Of a stretch of 64,000 bases of DNA, positions 33,156 to 47,453 are shown in pieces; the stretch's first letter is position 1, and every line of letters begins with the position of its first letter. The stretch lies in contig NC_068998.1 in assembly GCF_001194135.2 (NCBI RefSeq), positions 54,918,534-54,982,533 of the forward strand. The letters are read 5' to 3'. Source of the stretch: Octopus bimaculoides. Lineage: Eukaryota. Under the pieces are notes generated by a model. It ran no database searches, was not told the origin of the DNA, and saw only the letters and a list, made by a program, of their open reading frames with translations. The position numbers and the translations under genes were made by a program.

Positions 33156-36100
33156 GGCAATCTTAGTGTGGATGTTTTGTTAGAACTCTGAGTATTATTG
33201 AAGCATAATTCTGGTAGCACCAGCTTGTTTTATTAATTGCTTCCAGTTTTCTGTTAAATTGCTTAATTAGCTAGAATCTTAATCTAGTAAAAATATTCTT
33301 AGAGAGGCTTGGTTGATAACTAGTTTGGGCTAATAACTGTTTGCTTGTCTTGGTTCACTTCAGATTTTAAAATGAAAGTTAAATTTTATACTAACTTGAA
33401 ACATTGTCTTAATTCACAATGATTTCCTTATTTAATGCACCTGATCAATTCTCTGATGCTAGTACCATTGTGAATGAGATGTAGTTATACCCCAAAATAT
33501 TTTGTCATCATCAAAAAAAAAAATAATAATTGAAACAAAAGCAGCTAGAAATAGTTACATTTGCAATATATATATCCAACATTTTTTCCATTAATAAATT
33601 TATTTCTCATTTAATCTAGATTTGTAACTTGACTGCAACCAACAAATTATATCCAACACAATCAACAATTACCTTAAAACTGAAATAAATTGCTCACGAG
33701 TTGATAAGTTATTTGAATACAAGCAAAAACATTGATATATATATATATATAGATAGATAGATAGATTGATATCATACCTAACAGTTTACTATATTTTAAT
33801 TATTTTTGAAAAAATTGAGTTGAAATATTTATCTTTTCTGCTCTATTTTTTCCCTCTAAGATGATGGCTCTTCTTCCATGATGTTAAAATATTTACTGAA
33901 CTTGTTGACAAGACTTTCATGGCAGAACGGTTTATTCACCCTTGCAAACACTTTATATTTCATATTTTCTGTCACTAGCTTCCCTCGCTGATAGTTTCAT
34001 ATTCTATAAAATTTTGTCTTTCAACTTTCTATAATATTTCCTTTGTAATAACAATGTTAAAATTGTTTTGAGGAATTTAACTTAGTCATATTTCTTTAGT
34101 CTTGGTTCATGCTCAGGCTCTGATTGAGGCTACTGCTGCTGCTAATAATAATAGGATTTTAATTTTTTTTTTTTTTATTTTAGTTTTCCTTTTTTTTCTA
34201 TATGAAATGAATATTTCATTTATAAAAAGTATTTGATTCCAGATTGCATCACCCATTTTTTTCTTGGAACTTAAACTTCAGTACTCACATAGTCTTGGAA
34301 TTATGTCATATTTATCTCTAGCTATAGATATACTGAAGATTTCAATCAGAATTTTCTATTCAATTTGTATTTTCTGTGAGATGAAATAATTGTTATAACA
34401 TCAAACCAACAAGAGATCAATTCCTTACATCCTAAATTATTTCTGTTGGAGAGAACATCTATTTATTTTAGTTTCAAGTTTAGTTTTAAGACATTTTCCT
34501 TCACTTTATATTTCTTCATATTACAAACACTGATTTCCATTTGAAAAGATTTCTTTCGAGCACTGGTTTCTTTGTTTTGTGTCTTTTTTTATAGATTTTT
34601 TTCTCATGTGTGGTGTTGTTGGCTCTTTATTGTTGTCTGGTGTCAATTGTTTCTAGTGTTGTGGTGTTGTGAGTCAGTGTTTTAGTGTCAGCTCATTACT
34701 GTTGTATGGTGTCAATTCAGATTTTTGTAGTTTTGTCCTTATTTGTTGTCATATTATATGCAATCACTGGATAATTAAGTTGTGTATACTTATTTGCTTA
34801 ATGGATCTCACTGAAATGAATGTTGTAAGGATCTGTTGGTAAATGTATACAGAAATGTTCTTTCTCAGACGTGGTGCTGTGATGTAAGAGTCTTTCTCTT
34901 TTTCAGAAAGATTTATTGATGCAAGAAAAGTGATAGAATTTGATAGGATTCAATGTAAATCCTTCAAAGCAATTTAGTGTGAATTTGTGACTCCTGAGTC
35001 AGTTTCTTTGTATTCTTGAGTATCTGAGGCCAGAAGTTGAGAATGTGTAAAAGGTGGAGCTCAATTATTACACTGGTGCAGAGGTCAGAGGTCAGATGAA
35101 AGGGTCCCTAAATAACTGAAAGCCCCTAACTGCAAAAAAAAAAAAAAAGAGAGAGAGAAAGAAAACCTTTCAACTCCTCTGGTAGATGGAAACTGTACAA
35201 GCCCATCATGTGTGTGTTAGTGTCTCCTTGTCTTGACATTGCACGGCAGTTGTAAAATGATTATCATACAAGTAGCATCATTTATTTCCAATGTTCTGCA
35301 AGTCTTTTTTTTTTTCTTTTTGTTGCATACTTTGGTTAAACATCATGGGAACGTTTCACTACATTTTTCTCAGCAATAATGGATCCCCTTTGTAGGATGG
35401 GCTTCATACAAATCTTTCAGCTTAAATATTTATTTATCATAATCCTGAATTTCTGAGATGGGGAGGTATCATTATTATGCATTCCTCACATTGGTTGTTA
35501 TCATTACAACTTTCTGGGTGTTGCACCATCCAGCATTCTTTAGATGCCTGTCATATTTGGCAACATTCTCAGAATTTCTTACTAAATCTTTATTCAATAC
35601 CCCACCCTATTTCCTTCTCCATCATGAACTGCATATCAAATGTGGGAGAATAGTTCAAAATTCTGAGAACAATACTGAATACAACTGGTACCTGAAGAAG
35701 ATGGGAGAGGACAACAGCCAACAGAATGTTTTAACCAAGTTGGAGACACTAGTCAAAATGTCTTGGTGTGTAATGAGATAAAATGACTTTATTTTAAAAT
35801 CTCATCTTATAAATCAGATGACACTGATTGATTGGAAAGTTTATACAAAGATTGATATACCAAACAAATGTTTTTAAAAACCCCTTGGTTAAAGAACACA
35901 AACATCTTCACCCTAATAAAATGAAAAATTGTCAGCTTCTTGTGATCTTCTATCACACCTTCCAAACCCTTTTTTTTCTTCTCTGGTCTGTCCTTTGTAA
36001 CCCCACTATTTCACTAGTTTCTTGCTACTTTTATCACTTCTCCTGCCTTTTGCGGGGCAGCCTAATCAAATTTAAAATCCATTTCAGAACACATTGCTGT

Positions 36101-38095
36101 TACTCTGCTCTTCAAAAATTCATAACTGATATTTCTATAAGCTGTATTTTAATTAAGAGTTGCAAACTATCTTTGCATCTAAAAGAGTTGGTGAAAAGTG
36201 AGAACTGTAACAAGAAAACTTTTTTTTTGTTTTTATGAATGGTAAAATCAAAGAAAGAAGTAGCTTAGTGGGAATAACTTTTCTAAATTGGTGTCTACAC
36301 ACACACACACACACATCAATTGCCAATGACCCAGCTGAGGATTATAAATGCTACAGGCAACTAAATGTGACTTTTATTTATGACATATGGAAAGCCATAG
36401 TCTGAAAATTCCATCAAATACAATTTTTTAAAAAAGAATTTTCTTGGTATAAGTCAAATAAAAAAGAAAATGAAAAGCATGAGATGTGTCAGGTGTTTTC
36501 TCTGACTGTAAAAGAAAAGCTTCAGGTTGCATCTCAGTTGAAACTACTTTTTACTGTTTTGTAAGCTGAGAAGTTTTATTAACCAACATTTGCTGTTTAC
36601 CGTTTCATAAGCTTTATTCTTGTTAGGCTGCTAGATATTATCATAGTGAATGTAAGTTTTCATCCTTTTAGGATCCATAAATTATAAGAATAATTAAATT
36701 TATGAAGACCAGCAGTCAATACAAGCAAGCAAGAAAATAGATCTACATTCTTAGTCCATCGTTTTAAGAATGAAAAGAAATACCTTTAAACGTATGAAAA
36801 TTTATCAAGTATTTTGGCAGTAACTGCTACGATTTCGAGTATAAAAATGGAAGAGAAGCGAGAAAGTGTAAAGTATATACAGCAGTCAAGTTGGTCTCTA
36901 CTGAAATTGTAAACAGGAATTAGTGTTTGGATAAGAATAGCAACTATTTATTGGCAACCTGCCTGATATACTCTTCATCATTGTGTATTGTTCATAACAT
37001 TGCTGCTGAGGCTATGATGAACTGTACTACTAAATCTTTTCAAATACACATGAAGAGCAAATTGCACAAATGAATTCGTTGCAAATTAGATATGAAAGGA
37101 ATTCAACAAATTTGAAAGGAATTCTTCAAAGTGTTTCAGGAGATTTATAGCAATATTGGTGTTGTTATTGCAGTGAAATATTTATTGATTTATACAACAA
37201 AAATGGCCTTGAAAGAATTCTATCTGGTATGTTAACCTGAGTAATTTTGTCTTTGTTGCAATAAATAGCATCAGATGGCATTGTCAAAAGTTTAGCAGAA
37301 ACATTCTAAGAAGGTCAGCTGACTGATATTAGAATTGTAAATATTTTTATGATACTCGTTTTATTTATTTCCACATGTTAAATATATTCAGTTAAAATTA
37401 GTTATTTTGCTATTTTGTATTATTATATCATAAGTAAGCCTCAAATGCAAACTTATTTCTGTAGCTATATATAAATATTTGAATGTATAAGAAATTATAT
37501 TGCTAAAAGTTTAACCAGAAAATAATATATTTTATATTTAAATTGATTTTTGATTTTGTGTGTCAAACTATTGTTTATACGCTTATACTTCTTATTTTAT
37601 GCGATTATTTTTTTCATAAGACTGCATTAGTTTCCATATGAAAATCTATGAATATGTTTGATGATTAATTTCATGAATATATTTCTTATGAAATTTTCTG
37701 TATAAGAAATTGTAAATTTTAAATTTTACCGGTGTTAGCTTTGGGGGTTGATGTTACGTGTTGGACAGGTGCTGGGCTTAATTCATTCAGCTTTGCTCCT
37801 TCCCTGCTCGTCTGTAATTATGTCAATTTATGAAATCATCATCATCATCATTATCAGTAATGAATTGACAGGAATTGGAGCTTTACAAAATTTACATTCT
37901 GTGTTCAAACCCAGCTTGATTTTACTCTACATTTCATTATTCTGCTGTTAAGTACAAGTTACACACACACACAAATCAATTTAACTATGCCCTTTTCTAC
38001 AGTTTTGTGGCCATGTGATACTCTGAAAAGTTCTAATTTATTACTAAAGCAATTGGTAAAGCAATAAACTACTTTGTGGTATTTAGTTACATTCC

Positions 38096-38435
38096 TTTAT
38101 CATCTGAGTTCAAATCCATTTAAGTCAACATTTCATCCTGGATTCCTTAACCAGTCAAGAATTGGGGTTGATAGCCTTGTGCCTAGATCAGGAACTAATT
38201 ATCATTAGTATTAAGGTAGCAAGCTGGCAGAATCATTACGGCAACAAACAAAATGCTTAGCGGCATTTTTGCTATCTTTATGTTTTGGGTTCAAATTCTG
38301 TCAGGTTGATTTTGTTTTATCCTTTCAGGGTCTATAAAATAAGTACCAGTTGAATGCTGGGGTCAATGTAATCAAAAACGCTCATCCTTCAAAATTTCAG
38401 GCCTTGTGTCTTTAGTAGAAAAGATGATTATTATT
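38096..38435 (+). mobile_element. Two tandem SINE family B copies (partial 38096-38200; fuller 38214-38435)
   Basis: Same B-box gagttcaaat/gggttcaaat and tail aatttcaggccttgtg..tagtagaaaag followed by (att)n. Confidence 0.75.
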
Positions 38436-39103
38436 ATTATTTTGGTACTTATATTAAATATTTTGGGGCACTGATTTCATATCTTTTCCATCTTTCATAC
38501 TTTGTCTTCTGTTTCATTGCATCTTCATCTCTTAACTGATTTAATGTTCTTTCTAATTTTTCCCTCATATGACAGTAACTTTCTTTTTCACCTCAGTCAG
38601 TTGTAATAGAGTGTAGCAGCCCCTACATCAACCTTGTTTGCTCTCTGTTGCTTCTTAAACTTTACACAAAAATATCTTAGATGAGACAATAAACATCAAT
38701 GATTTCAGTAGCAGAATTTTGCTCACTTTTAACCAAATTTGAAAAAATAAACTTGGAATCAATAATTCATGACCTGTATTTTCCTCTTTTATCTTTATTT
38801 CTATCGTATAGTGTGTTTTCTTTTTCTTTTTTCTTCTTCCTTTCTTTCTACGTCCTCCTCATCCTCCAAAGATCACTGGAGATGATGCCTTCTGGTATTA
38901 GTTCCACTAGTTGTGTTTTGTTCCGATCCTACCAAGGAAAACTTTGAAGTCCATCTTTTCCAAAATGGCCATTTAAAAAATAAGAATACAAAATCCCAAT
39001 CAAGAAGTTGTGTTGTACTTATTGACTGCATTTTCCCTCCCAAATATTGTGTCCTTGTGTCAAAATAAGGATTGCTTCATTGCTTGTACTATTATCATTA
39101 TTA

Positions 39104-39310
39104 AAGTGGCAAGTGGGCAGAATTGTTAGCCCTGCTGGACATTTTGTCCATCATTACATTCTGAGTTCAAATTCCGCTCAGGTTGACATTACCTTTCATC
39201 ATTCAGGGTCTATAAATTATGTAGCAATCAAGCATTGGATTGGATATAATTCAACCAGCCTCTTCCCCGAAATTTCAGGCCTTTTGCCTATAGTAGAAAG
39301 GACTATTATC
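39104..39310 (+). mobile_element. SINE family B
   Basis: ggcagaattgttagc...ctgagttcaaattccgctcaggttgac...aatttcaggccttttgcctatagtagaaagg. Confidence 0.75.
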
Positions 39311-39455
39311 ATAACAAACATTATAATGGACTAGAAAACATTTAGGTTCTGTCGCTACATACACCAGTATCATTTATATTTTTATTGCCTTCTGGAAAGC
39401 ATGAGAGTCAAAACTTCTCGTGTTCCTATCTTATATGTAGACTCATTACTTCATA

Positions 39456-39562
39456 TGAGGGGGGGGGGTGCTAAAAAGTTCCTGGCTTTGGGTAAAAGAA
39501 AATACAGAAGGATCAGTTAATCGTGATACCCTCAGTACCAGGAACCTTCTAGCACACCCTTG
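39456..39562. mobile_element. Mariner-derived MITE
   Basis: TA-flanked, with inverted ends (t)gagggg..gtgctaaaaagttcctgg and ccaggaaccttctagcacacccttg; about 107 bp. Confidence 0.7.
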
Positions 39563-41723
39563 TACTCAAGAATGAAATTATTGCTAATTCAAAGATGCAT
39601 AAAATTTGAAATTCGTTTGGAAATATTGTCTCTTTAAATAACACTCAACTGTTTTATATCTTGGATAGATGGCCATCATTGATTTCTGGTTCTACTTGGA
39701 CATTTTACCAAGACATAAACATCAATAGACTGGGGAGTCTTAGATGTACTGAACGACTGTACCGAATATCAAACTTCTGGGAAAGGCTGGGATTTTATGA
39801 TGGCGGGGGGTGGGGGGGCTAGTCTTGGAAAGATAGCAATTCTTGTTTGTTGTTCTAAATTGTCTTACAGTAATTTTGTTTTTCTTTGCTTTCAAAGCAA
39901 ATCAGATCACCATTTGCTGCACCATCACCAAATGTACTAATTAAATGGACATTTGAGCCTCTTTATCTAAAAGAACCTATTTCTTATGTTTGCTTATATA
40001 CATACATATTCACATGTAGTTTCATATGTATCTATACATGTATATACAAGTGTGTGTGTGTGTGTGTATACACACACACATACACACTCGCATGCATACA
40101 TGTATACATATGCTTATACTACACACACACACTCCTTTATACATAGTTTGTATTTGAAAATAGACATTAAGAGATTTTAATGGCAGTGCTCCTGCATGGA
40201 CCCAACCTCTGGCTGAAACCGATAACAGAATCTAAGATCCTTCGATCTTGAAAGATGATCAAAAGAAGGTGAGATTGAGATGTTAATGCTTGATACAGTA
40301 ATAGGAAATCGTACAATATAGTAAATTTATTCAGGAAGGGGGGAGGTTGGATGATAAGTTTCCATCCTAGATGTAAGGTTTTTCTGGAGTTCAGTAAGTC
40401 CAAAAGATTTCAAAAGAGGGATCATGTTATCACGACAAGTGTGTTACCATTACACCAATGTACCCCTATGCATTTCCTAACTTTCATCAGATTTGTTCTA
40501 TATGATGGGTGAAGATCTTTTTATAAATTTACCTGTCTATAAGTTTCAACAGAAACAACTACTATTAAAGAAAGCTTAGTCTAAAGTGATGTTCAGATCA
40601 CAAATAATTTTTTATTCAATGAATGTCTTTCAGAAGGTGGCTTTAGAGGTCAAATTAAAAAGGTATTATGTGAAAACTGAAAAAAAAACCAAAAACCTCA
40701 CCATTAAAGATAGGCAAAAAGTTTTTATTACAGATTATACTGGCTCTGTTCCAAATTGTTGACTATTTTTGTGTTGGCTAAAATGAAAATGATTATGGTT
40801 CTGGATTACAAAAGGTCTTATTTGCTTTAAGTAGTCTAATTTTTCTTAATAGTTGTTAGTATTAGATTTGAAATGTGAAATTGCTTCTTTACTAGCAATT
40901 GTGAATTATCTGCAGAGGAATAACAGAATTAATAAAGGATACACGTAAAGAGAATTCAAAAGAATGGAAATTGCTTTGTTACATGAATATAGTTATAAGA
41001 GATATAATTATGTAATGACCTTTAGTATTCTAATGAAATGGAACCTTGGTAAACATTGGATTATAATTGTAGGGAAAGAAATGTTATGGTAGGAGAGTTA
41101 TACCTTTCTTAAGGACATTAGTGAAATGAATATTTCTAATTAGGAATGTTGTTGCTCATCTGGAATTCAATTTTTGCTTTACACTTATTGAATCTGGTAT
41201 TCAGAAACAAGTATGACCTTTTGGTAAGTTACAAAGCAGACTTTCATCTTGAAAATCTATGAAATTTTCTTCTCTAACCATTCTTAAGTGTTTTAGCTTT
41301 TTGAAATATTTTGTTGGATAGCTTCCAGTTAGGGGTCACATTTTACTATATGAGTAGTGTACCCTTATTGTGAATATATCCGGGGTTTTCTTGAAGTGAA
41401 ACGTAAAAATTGGCTGCTTTCATTTTACTTCTAAGTTTTAAAAAAATCCCATCTGTAGCGAAATGGAATTTCTTTTTAGTTGAAGTTTGTACAGAAGTGG
41501 CTGCATGCCATGGAACATCAGAGTAACAGGTCACCACTGGACTGGCTTAAGTTTATAATTTGTTCTGTTACTAATTGCATAAAATTAATATATTTCTGTA
41601 TTTTAGAAAGTTAATCTGCTTTTTGTTTAGATTTAAACTTTGTTGTGCATGGAAATACTAACTGCTATGACCAGTTTGATTCTGTTTGAACTTGAAAATA
41701 ATTTACACCTTTGAATCTAGTGT

Positions 41724-41763
<40 letters not shown>

Positions 41764-43039
41764 ATTTAATCATTTATAAAATTTGATAATTTAAAGATTT
41801 ATTGTCGTGAAAATTTTGTATAATCATGAATTAAATATTTTTTACGTAGTTATTAAAATTAAAAACATTTGATTTTTATTAATTGATGAAATCAATATAA
41901 CTACTTCTTAACTTTTAGCATTTTATAAGTTATTATATTTATGTTTTTTAAAATATTTAATATAATCTGTGAAATAAAGTGAATTGGAAACAAACAAACA
42001 AACAAACAAAAAAGTCTAAGTAGATAAAACTCCTCTCCAAGCATTGTACTGTGTTCATGGATGAGACATTTAATCCTAAACACATTAATCTCCCAGGTTA
42101 CAAACTAGTTTCTGAAGTAACTTGATCTGTGATAAATTTTATAAAGAAGCCTACATACAACTCATCAGAAGTGTTAACAGGAAAATTCCTGCATAAGTCA
42201 TTATGCTAGGTATACATTCTCCTGAATTTAATCTTAAGTATTTAAGTGCTGTAGCTTGGGAGAGTCAATCTTTGAATTTAAGGTACTGGAATCATATTAG
42301 GACCATAACGTTGTACCTTTTGAACAATGCACCTAACTGTTGTTGCTGCTTTGTTGCTTACACTTGTCAACCATTGCTCCTGGTTGACCAGAGAAAAAGC
42401 ATTGTTCTGTAAAAATAATTGAAATTGTTAATTATAGTTTGAAGTCCTCTTTGCATTAGCAAAATGTTTTTTCAAATGCAAATATCTAAAATGCCTGTGT
42501 GTACACGTATGTATGTATACACACACACACACACACACATTATTCCAACTATATTTTTAGTACATTGAAAAGCAATCCTAGATTAAAACAGTTTTCTTTC
42601 CACTATGATATATAGATGTAGATGTTTACAACTGTTTTATTAAAGAAAACCTATTTGTAAATATAGTGACCTGAATACACCCACGTGTGTGTGTGTAGGT
42701 GGATGGGTGTATGTATGTACACTCACAGATACTGATAATATAATAAAATCAACAGTATTCTTTGATGCAATGTCTCCAAGTGGAAACGAGCCTTCATCAA
42801 TGGCTGTGAAGTAGAGACAGGAATAGAACTGGAGATGGTGGCTTGGCACTTGGTCACCACTTTGCTCTTTTTATTTCTATCTCTACTTTACAACTATTGA
42901 TGAGTGCTCCTATCCACTTGGGTACACTTACATGAAACACTGCCACGGATTATATCTTCTAGTTACCAATCTCTATTCACAACACATTCTAATATATTCA
43001 TAGGTGAAGCCTCTCTACTTACTCACTTGCCTTCATTAT

Positions 43040-43081
<42 letters not shown>

Positions 43082-43203
43082 TATATATATATTCATACGT
43101 ACAATAACAAACTTCAAACAAGTGTGAACTGAGCAGTGTTATGTTTACACATGTGANNNNNNNNNNNNNNNNNNNNNNNNNNNNNNNNNNNNNNNNNNNN
43201 NNN

Positions 43204-43252
<49 letters not shown>

Positions 43253-44030
43253 AGGGGATGGACAAAACAATGGAAATACTTTAATGGAAGTTTTATTATT
43301 TAATACAGTGTTGATTCACCTTTGACATCAATCACAGCTTTAATACTTGAAGGAATTGACTTGTACAAGTTCTGAACAATTGTTTGAGGAATTTTGAGCC
43401 ATTCTTCAAGTAAAGTCTGTTTTAGTTCTTTTGGCAACGATGGCAGAGGGAAGCACTTTCTCACTTGCTGCGCCCTAAAATACTCTGGTAATTGTTGAGC
43501 ACCAATCCAAATGGTCTGCTTTTCTTTTGTTCTTTTTGTACCAATTTTGAATCCGTAGATTGTTGTCCTGGAAGATCAACCAAAATACTCAGATAATCCT
43601 TAGCATTAACTCTGCTCTGCAGAACTACTAAAGGCCCCAGAGTATTCCATGATATAACTGCCCAAATCATTACAAAGTTGTCTCCATGCTTTACAGTAGG
43701 CACCAAACAATCAGGGTTGAAATCTTTTTGGGGCTGTCTTTTGACATAAACTCACCCTGAAGGTTGGGAAAAGGGGTGAATGAGGATTTTTCAAAGAAGA
43801 TGACATTGTTGCATTGAGCCATTGACCACTTCTGATAGTGTAGACCAGTGCTTCACAACCTTTTTCTACTTGTGGTACAGTTATATTCTTTTCGAAATTC
43901 AGTGGCACACCTGAACTAAAAATACAACTAAAAGTATAGGAGAGAAAAAATTATATTCGGGCTCCACTGCAGCGTACCATGGCCAACTGGTTGTGGAGCA
44001 CTGGTCTAGACATCATTTTTTTCTGCTTCT
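43253..44030 (-). mobile_element. Degenerate Tc1-type transposon fragment
   Basis: Minus-strand frames give KWSMAQCNNVIFFEKSSF, PTVKHGDNFVMIWAVIS...VNAKDYLSIL, IFQDNN and EEWLKIPQTIVQNLYKSIP..IKAVIDVKGESTLY*. TIR-like aggggatggacaaaacaatggaaa next to a TA run at ~43253. Confidence 0.88.
43846..44003. mobile_element. hAT (Charlie-like) MITE nested in the Tc1 fossil
   Basis: 15-bp TIRs cagtgcttcacaacc / ggttgtggagcactg (1 mismatch); 8-bp TSD gtgtagac / gtctagac; 158 bp, non-coding. Confidence 0.88.
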
Positions 44031-44183
44031 CAATGTTGATGGGTTACTGGAGAGGTTTAGCAATATAAAGTCCTCCTATTACAGTGTCCAGCTTCATGGA
44101 GAGCTGATGACAAATAGCTGATTGGCAAGATGGTCGATTAGCTCTACTGCTCTCTCTCTCTTGCTGCCATAATTCAAGGGTTT

Positions 44184-44224
<41 letters not shown>

Positions 44225-47025
44225 CAGAATAATGCTTGCCAGAGCTGGTTTTACTTTAGAGACTGTACCTCTCAAAACATTAGGCAATTCAGCAGTTTTA
44301 ATGGCTGATGCTCCAACAATTTGTTGTCTTTGGAAATAAGATTAGTCATGCATTTTAACTTATTTAAATATAAATAACTGACAAAAAAAAATCTAGTTCT
44401 ATCAAGAAGTGAAAGGTATGCATAAAGCACATGAAACTCTATAGAAACTAATACTTAAATAGAAATTGGTGTTTCCATTATTTTGTTTCCTCCCTGTATG
44501 GATGTGTGTGTGTGTGTATATATGTGTGCATACATGTGTGTATATGTGTCATTGTCATCAGTTAACATCCCTTTTTGCCATGTGTGTGTACCTGTCAAGC
44601 CTATATTTAATGCCATCCTTCCTTCCCCCCACCCCCTGACTCTTCTTTTATCTACCTGTTGGACACCTTTTCTCTCATCTCCTGATTCAGTTCATCTCTC
44701 TATTAATTTGCGTCCCCTCCATCTCTCTTCATCCTAACACTTACAAAGATCACAAACTATGAATGCCTGCCCTGCATCTCCACACGCCACTCCTTCCCTA
44801 ACCCTCACCACTAGGTTCTGTGTATGAATGACATGACTAGTTCATTCTCATCACTCTCTCTATGATATTTCTCAACCCATCATTTGGCTGCCAGCCATTT
44901 CTCTCCCCCACCCCCTGACTCTTCTTTTATCTACCTGTTGGACACCTTTTCTCTCATCTCCTGATTCNNNNNNNNNNNNNNNNNNNNNNNNNNNNNNNNN
45001 NNNNNNNNNNNNNNNNNNNNNNNNNNNNNNNNNNNNNNNNNNNNNNNNNNNNNNNNNNNNNNNNNNNNNNNNNNNNNNNNNNNNNNNNNNNNNNNNNNNN
45101 NNNNNNNNNNNNNNNNNNNNNNNNNNNNNNNNNNNNNNNNNNNNNNNNNNNNNNNNNNNNNNNNNNNNNNNNNNNNNNNNNNNNNNNNNNNNNNNNNNNN
45201 NNNNNNNNNNNNNNNNNNNNNNNNNNNNNNNNNNNNNNNNNNNNNNNNNNNNNNNNNNNNNNNNNNNNNNNNNNNNNNNNNNNNNNNNNNNNNNNNNNNN
45301 NNNNNNNNNNNNNNNNNNNNNNNNNNNNNNNNNNNNNNNNNNNNNNNNNNNNNNNNNNNNNNNNNNNNNNNNNNNNNNNNNNNNNNNNNNNNNNNNNNNN
45401 NNNNNNNNNNNNNNNNNNNNNNNNNNNNNNNNNNNNNNNNNNNNNNNNNNNNNNNNNNNNNNNNNNNNNNNNNNNNNNNNNNNNNNNNNNNNNNNNNNNN
45501 NNNNNNNNNNNNNNNNNNNNNNNNNNNNNNNNNNNNNNNNNNNNNNNNNNNNNNNNNNNNNNNNNNNNNNNNNNNNNNNNNNNNNNNNNNNNNNNNNNNN
45601 NNNNNNNNNNNNNNNNNNNNNNNNNNNNNNNNNNNNNNNNNNNNNNNNNNNNNNNNNNNNNNNNNNNNNNNNNNNNNNNNNNNNNNNNNNNNNNNNNNNN
45701 NNNNNNNNNNNNNNNNNNNNNNNNNNNNNNNNNNNNNNNNNNNNNNNNNNNNNNNNNNNNNNNNNNNNNNNNNNNNNNNNNNNNNNNNNNNNNNNNNNNN
45801 NNNNNNNNNNNNNNNNNNNNNNNNNNNNNNNNNNNNNNNNNNNNNNNNNNNNNNNNNNNNNNNNNNNNNNNNNNNNNNNNNNNNNNNNNNNNNATGGGAC
45901 TAGTTGTAGAGGTCAACTGGAAGGGATACAGAAGTTCCATTCTGGTGACATATTCATGACTGGAACTACTTGCAGTGTCTGGGCTAAGATGGCAAATGAA
46001 GATCTGTTGAGAATAAAGACTTTTGTTTGTTTTTGTTTTCTTTTTATAAGAACAGTAGATGTGGTTACGTTGTCTATCAGTTTCTTATTTAGCAGATTGA
46101 AAGTGAAAGTATAAGAGAAGAAAAACAAGAGAATTATAGTGGAATGGATGTTATTGAGTTAATTTAGAAGAAAGGCCAAGTTCAATAGGGGTGGGGGTAG
46201 GGAATAAAGCATTAATAAATGTCGACTGGAAATTTATTTAAACTGTTACAGATGTGCAAAGCTAAAGGGGTATATTTTTTGTATTGAATGAAAGAGGGTC
46301 CTCTCTTTCTCTCTCTGTTGAACAGGTGGAAGATGTAGGCAATGGTTAGATAAAATATGGACAATCCTGGAGAGATTCTTTCTAGTCAATCTAGACAGTA
46401 ATTAAAAACAGCTATGATGATAATTGAATTTGTATCTATCAGCTCTCCAGCAATTTTTTTTCTTTTTTGGCTTAAAACATTGTCTTTTTTAGGAAAACTT
46501 TACCATAATATTGTTTAAAGTGTTCTCATTTGTTGTTTGTATACATTTAATTCATTCTTTAGAATTTTAGGGCAAATTTCACTGTCTTTCGTCATTGGCT
46601 TTCAATTTAGAGTGCAAAATCTTATGAATGGTTAATTCCCATTACAGACCTTTGGTAATGTTTGTGAGAAAGTTGTCAGTAATTATGCAGAATTCAATCA
46701 GTCTAATTCGTAAGTGTTCGTATATATATATATATGACTGGAATTTCTGGTATTATTTTTAATTCTGTAGTTGCAATTGTTTCAGTACAACATGTGAAAT
46801 GCATTTCATGAACATACATGTTAATAATAAATATAGATGCATTAAGTACCCTTGTGCATTTCATCAGGCTGAGTCTTAAACAAAAAGATCTGCCATTGAT
46901 TGACGTCTGCCAATCTCATGAGACATGGGGACATTGCATACAGCATTAATATCGACTACATTCCCTGTGTTCCCTCTCTCTCCCTTTCATATATATATGT
47001 GTATATATAAGTAAAAGAGTATCTG

Positions 47026-47068
<43 letters not shown>

Positions 47069-47069
47069 T

Positions 47070-47453
47070 TTTACTTGTTTCAATCTTTTGACTGCAGCCA
47101 TGCTGGAGCACCGCCTTTAGTCGAGCAAATCGCCCCCAGGACTTATTCTTTGTAAGTCTAATACTTATTTTATCAGTCTCTTTTGCCAAACTGCTAAGTT
47201 ACGGGGACGTAAACACACCAGCATTGGTTGTCAAGCGATTTTGGGGGGACAAACACAGACACACAAACATATACACACACACACATATATATACATATAT
47301 ACGACGGGCTTCTTTCAGTTTCTGTCTACCAAATCCACTCACAAGGCTTTGGTTGGCCCGTGGCTATAGTAGAAGATACTTGCCCAAGGTGTCATGCTGT
47401 GGGGATGAACCCGGAACCATGTTGTTGGTAAGCAAGCTACTTACCACACAGCC
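47070..47453 (-). mobile_element. tRNA-derived SINE, family A, near full length
   Basis: Reverse complement reads ggctgtgtggtaagtagcttgc...ggttccgggttcatccc...caccttgggcaagtatcttc...gaaactgaaagaagcccgtcg. Confidence 0.85.

Noticed and set aside
35458-36238. 107-aa and 136-aa ORFs
   Set aside because: No splice signals or motifs; composition matches AT-rich intron.
36627-36651. 25-nt micro-exon candidate AARYYHSE with AG/GTAAGT
   Set aside because: No homology, and joining it to the 59854 exon creates TAG; such signals occur by chance in 30 kb.
44626-44967. Identical 63-bp sequence at 44626-44688 and 44905-44967
   Set aside because: The second copy ends exactly at a gap, so a gap-edge assembly artefact is more likely.
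46326-46349. Acceptor followed by VEDVGNG* as a possible terminal exon
   Set aside because: The pyrimidine tract is a (CT)n microsatellite remnant; no supporting homology.
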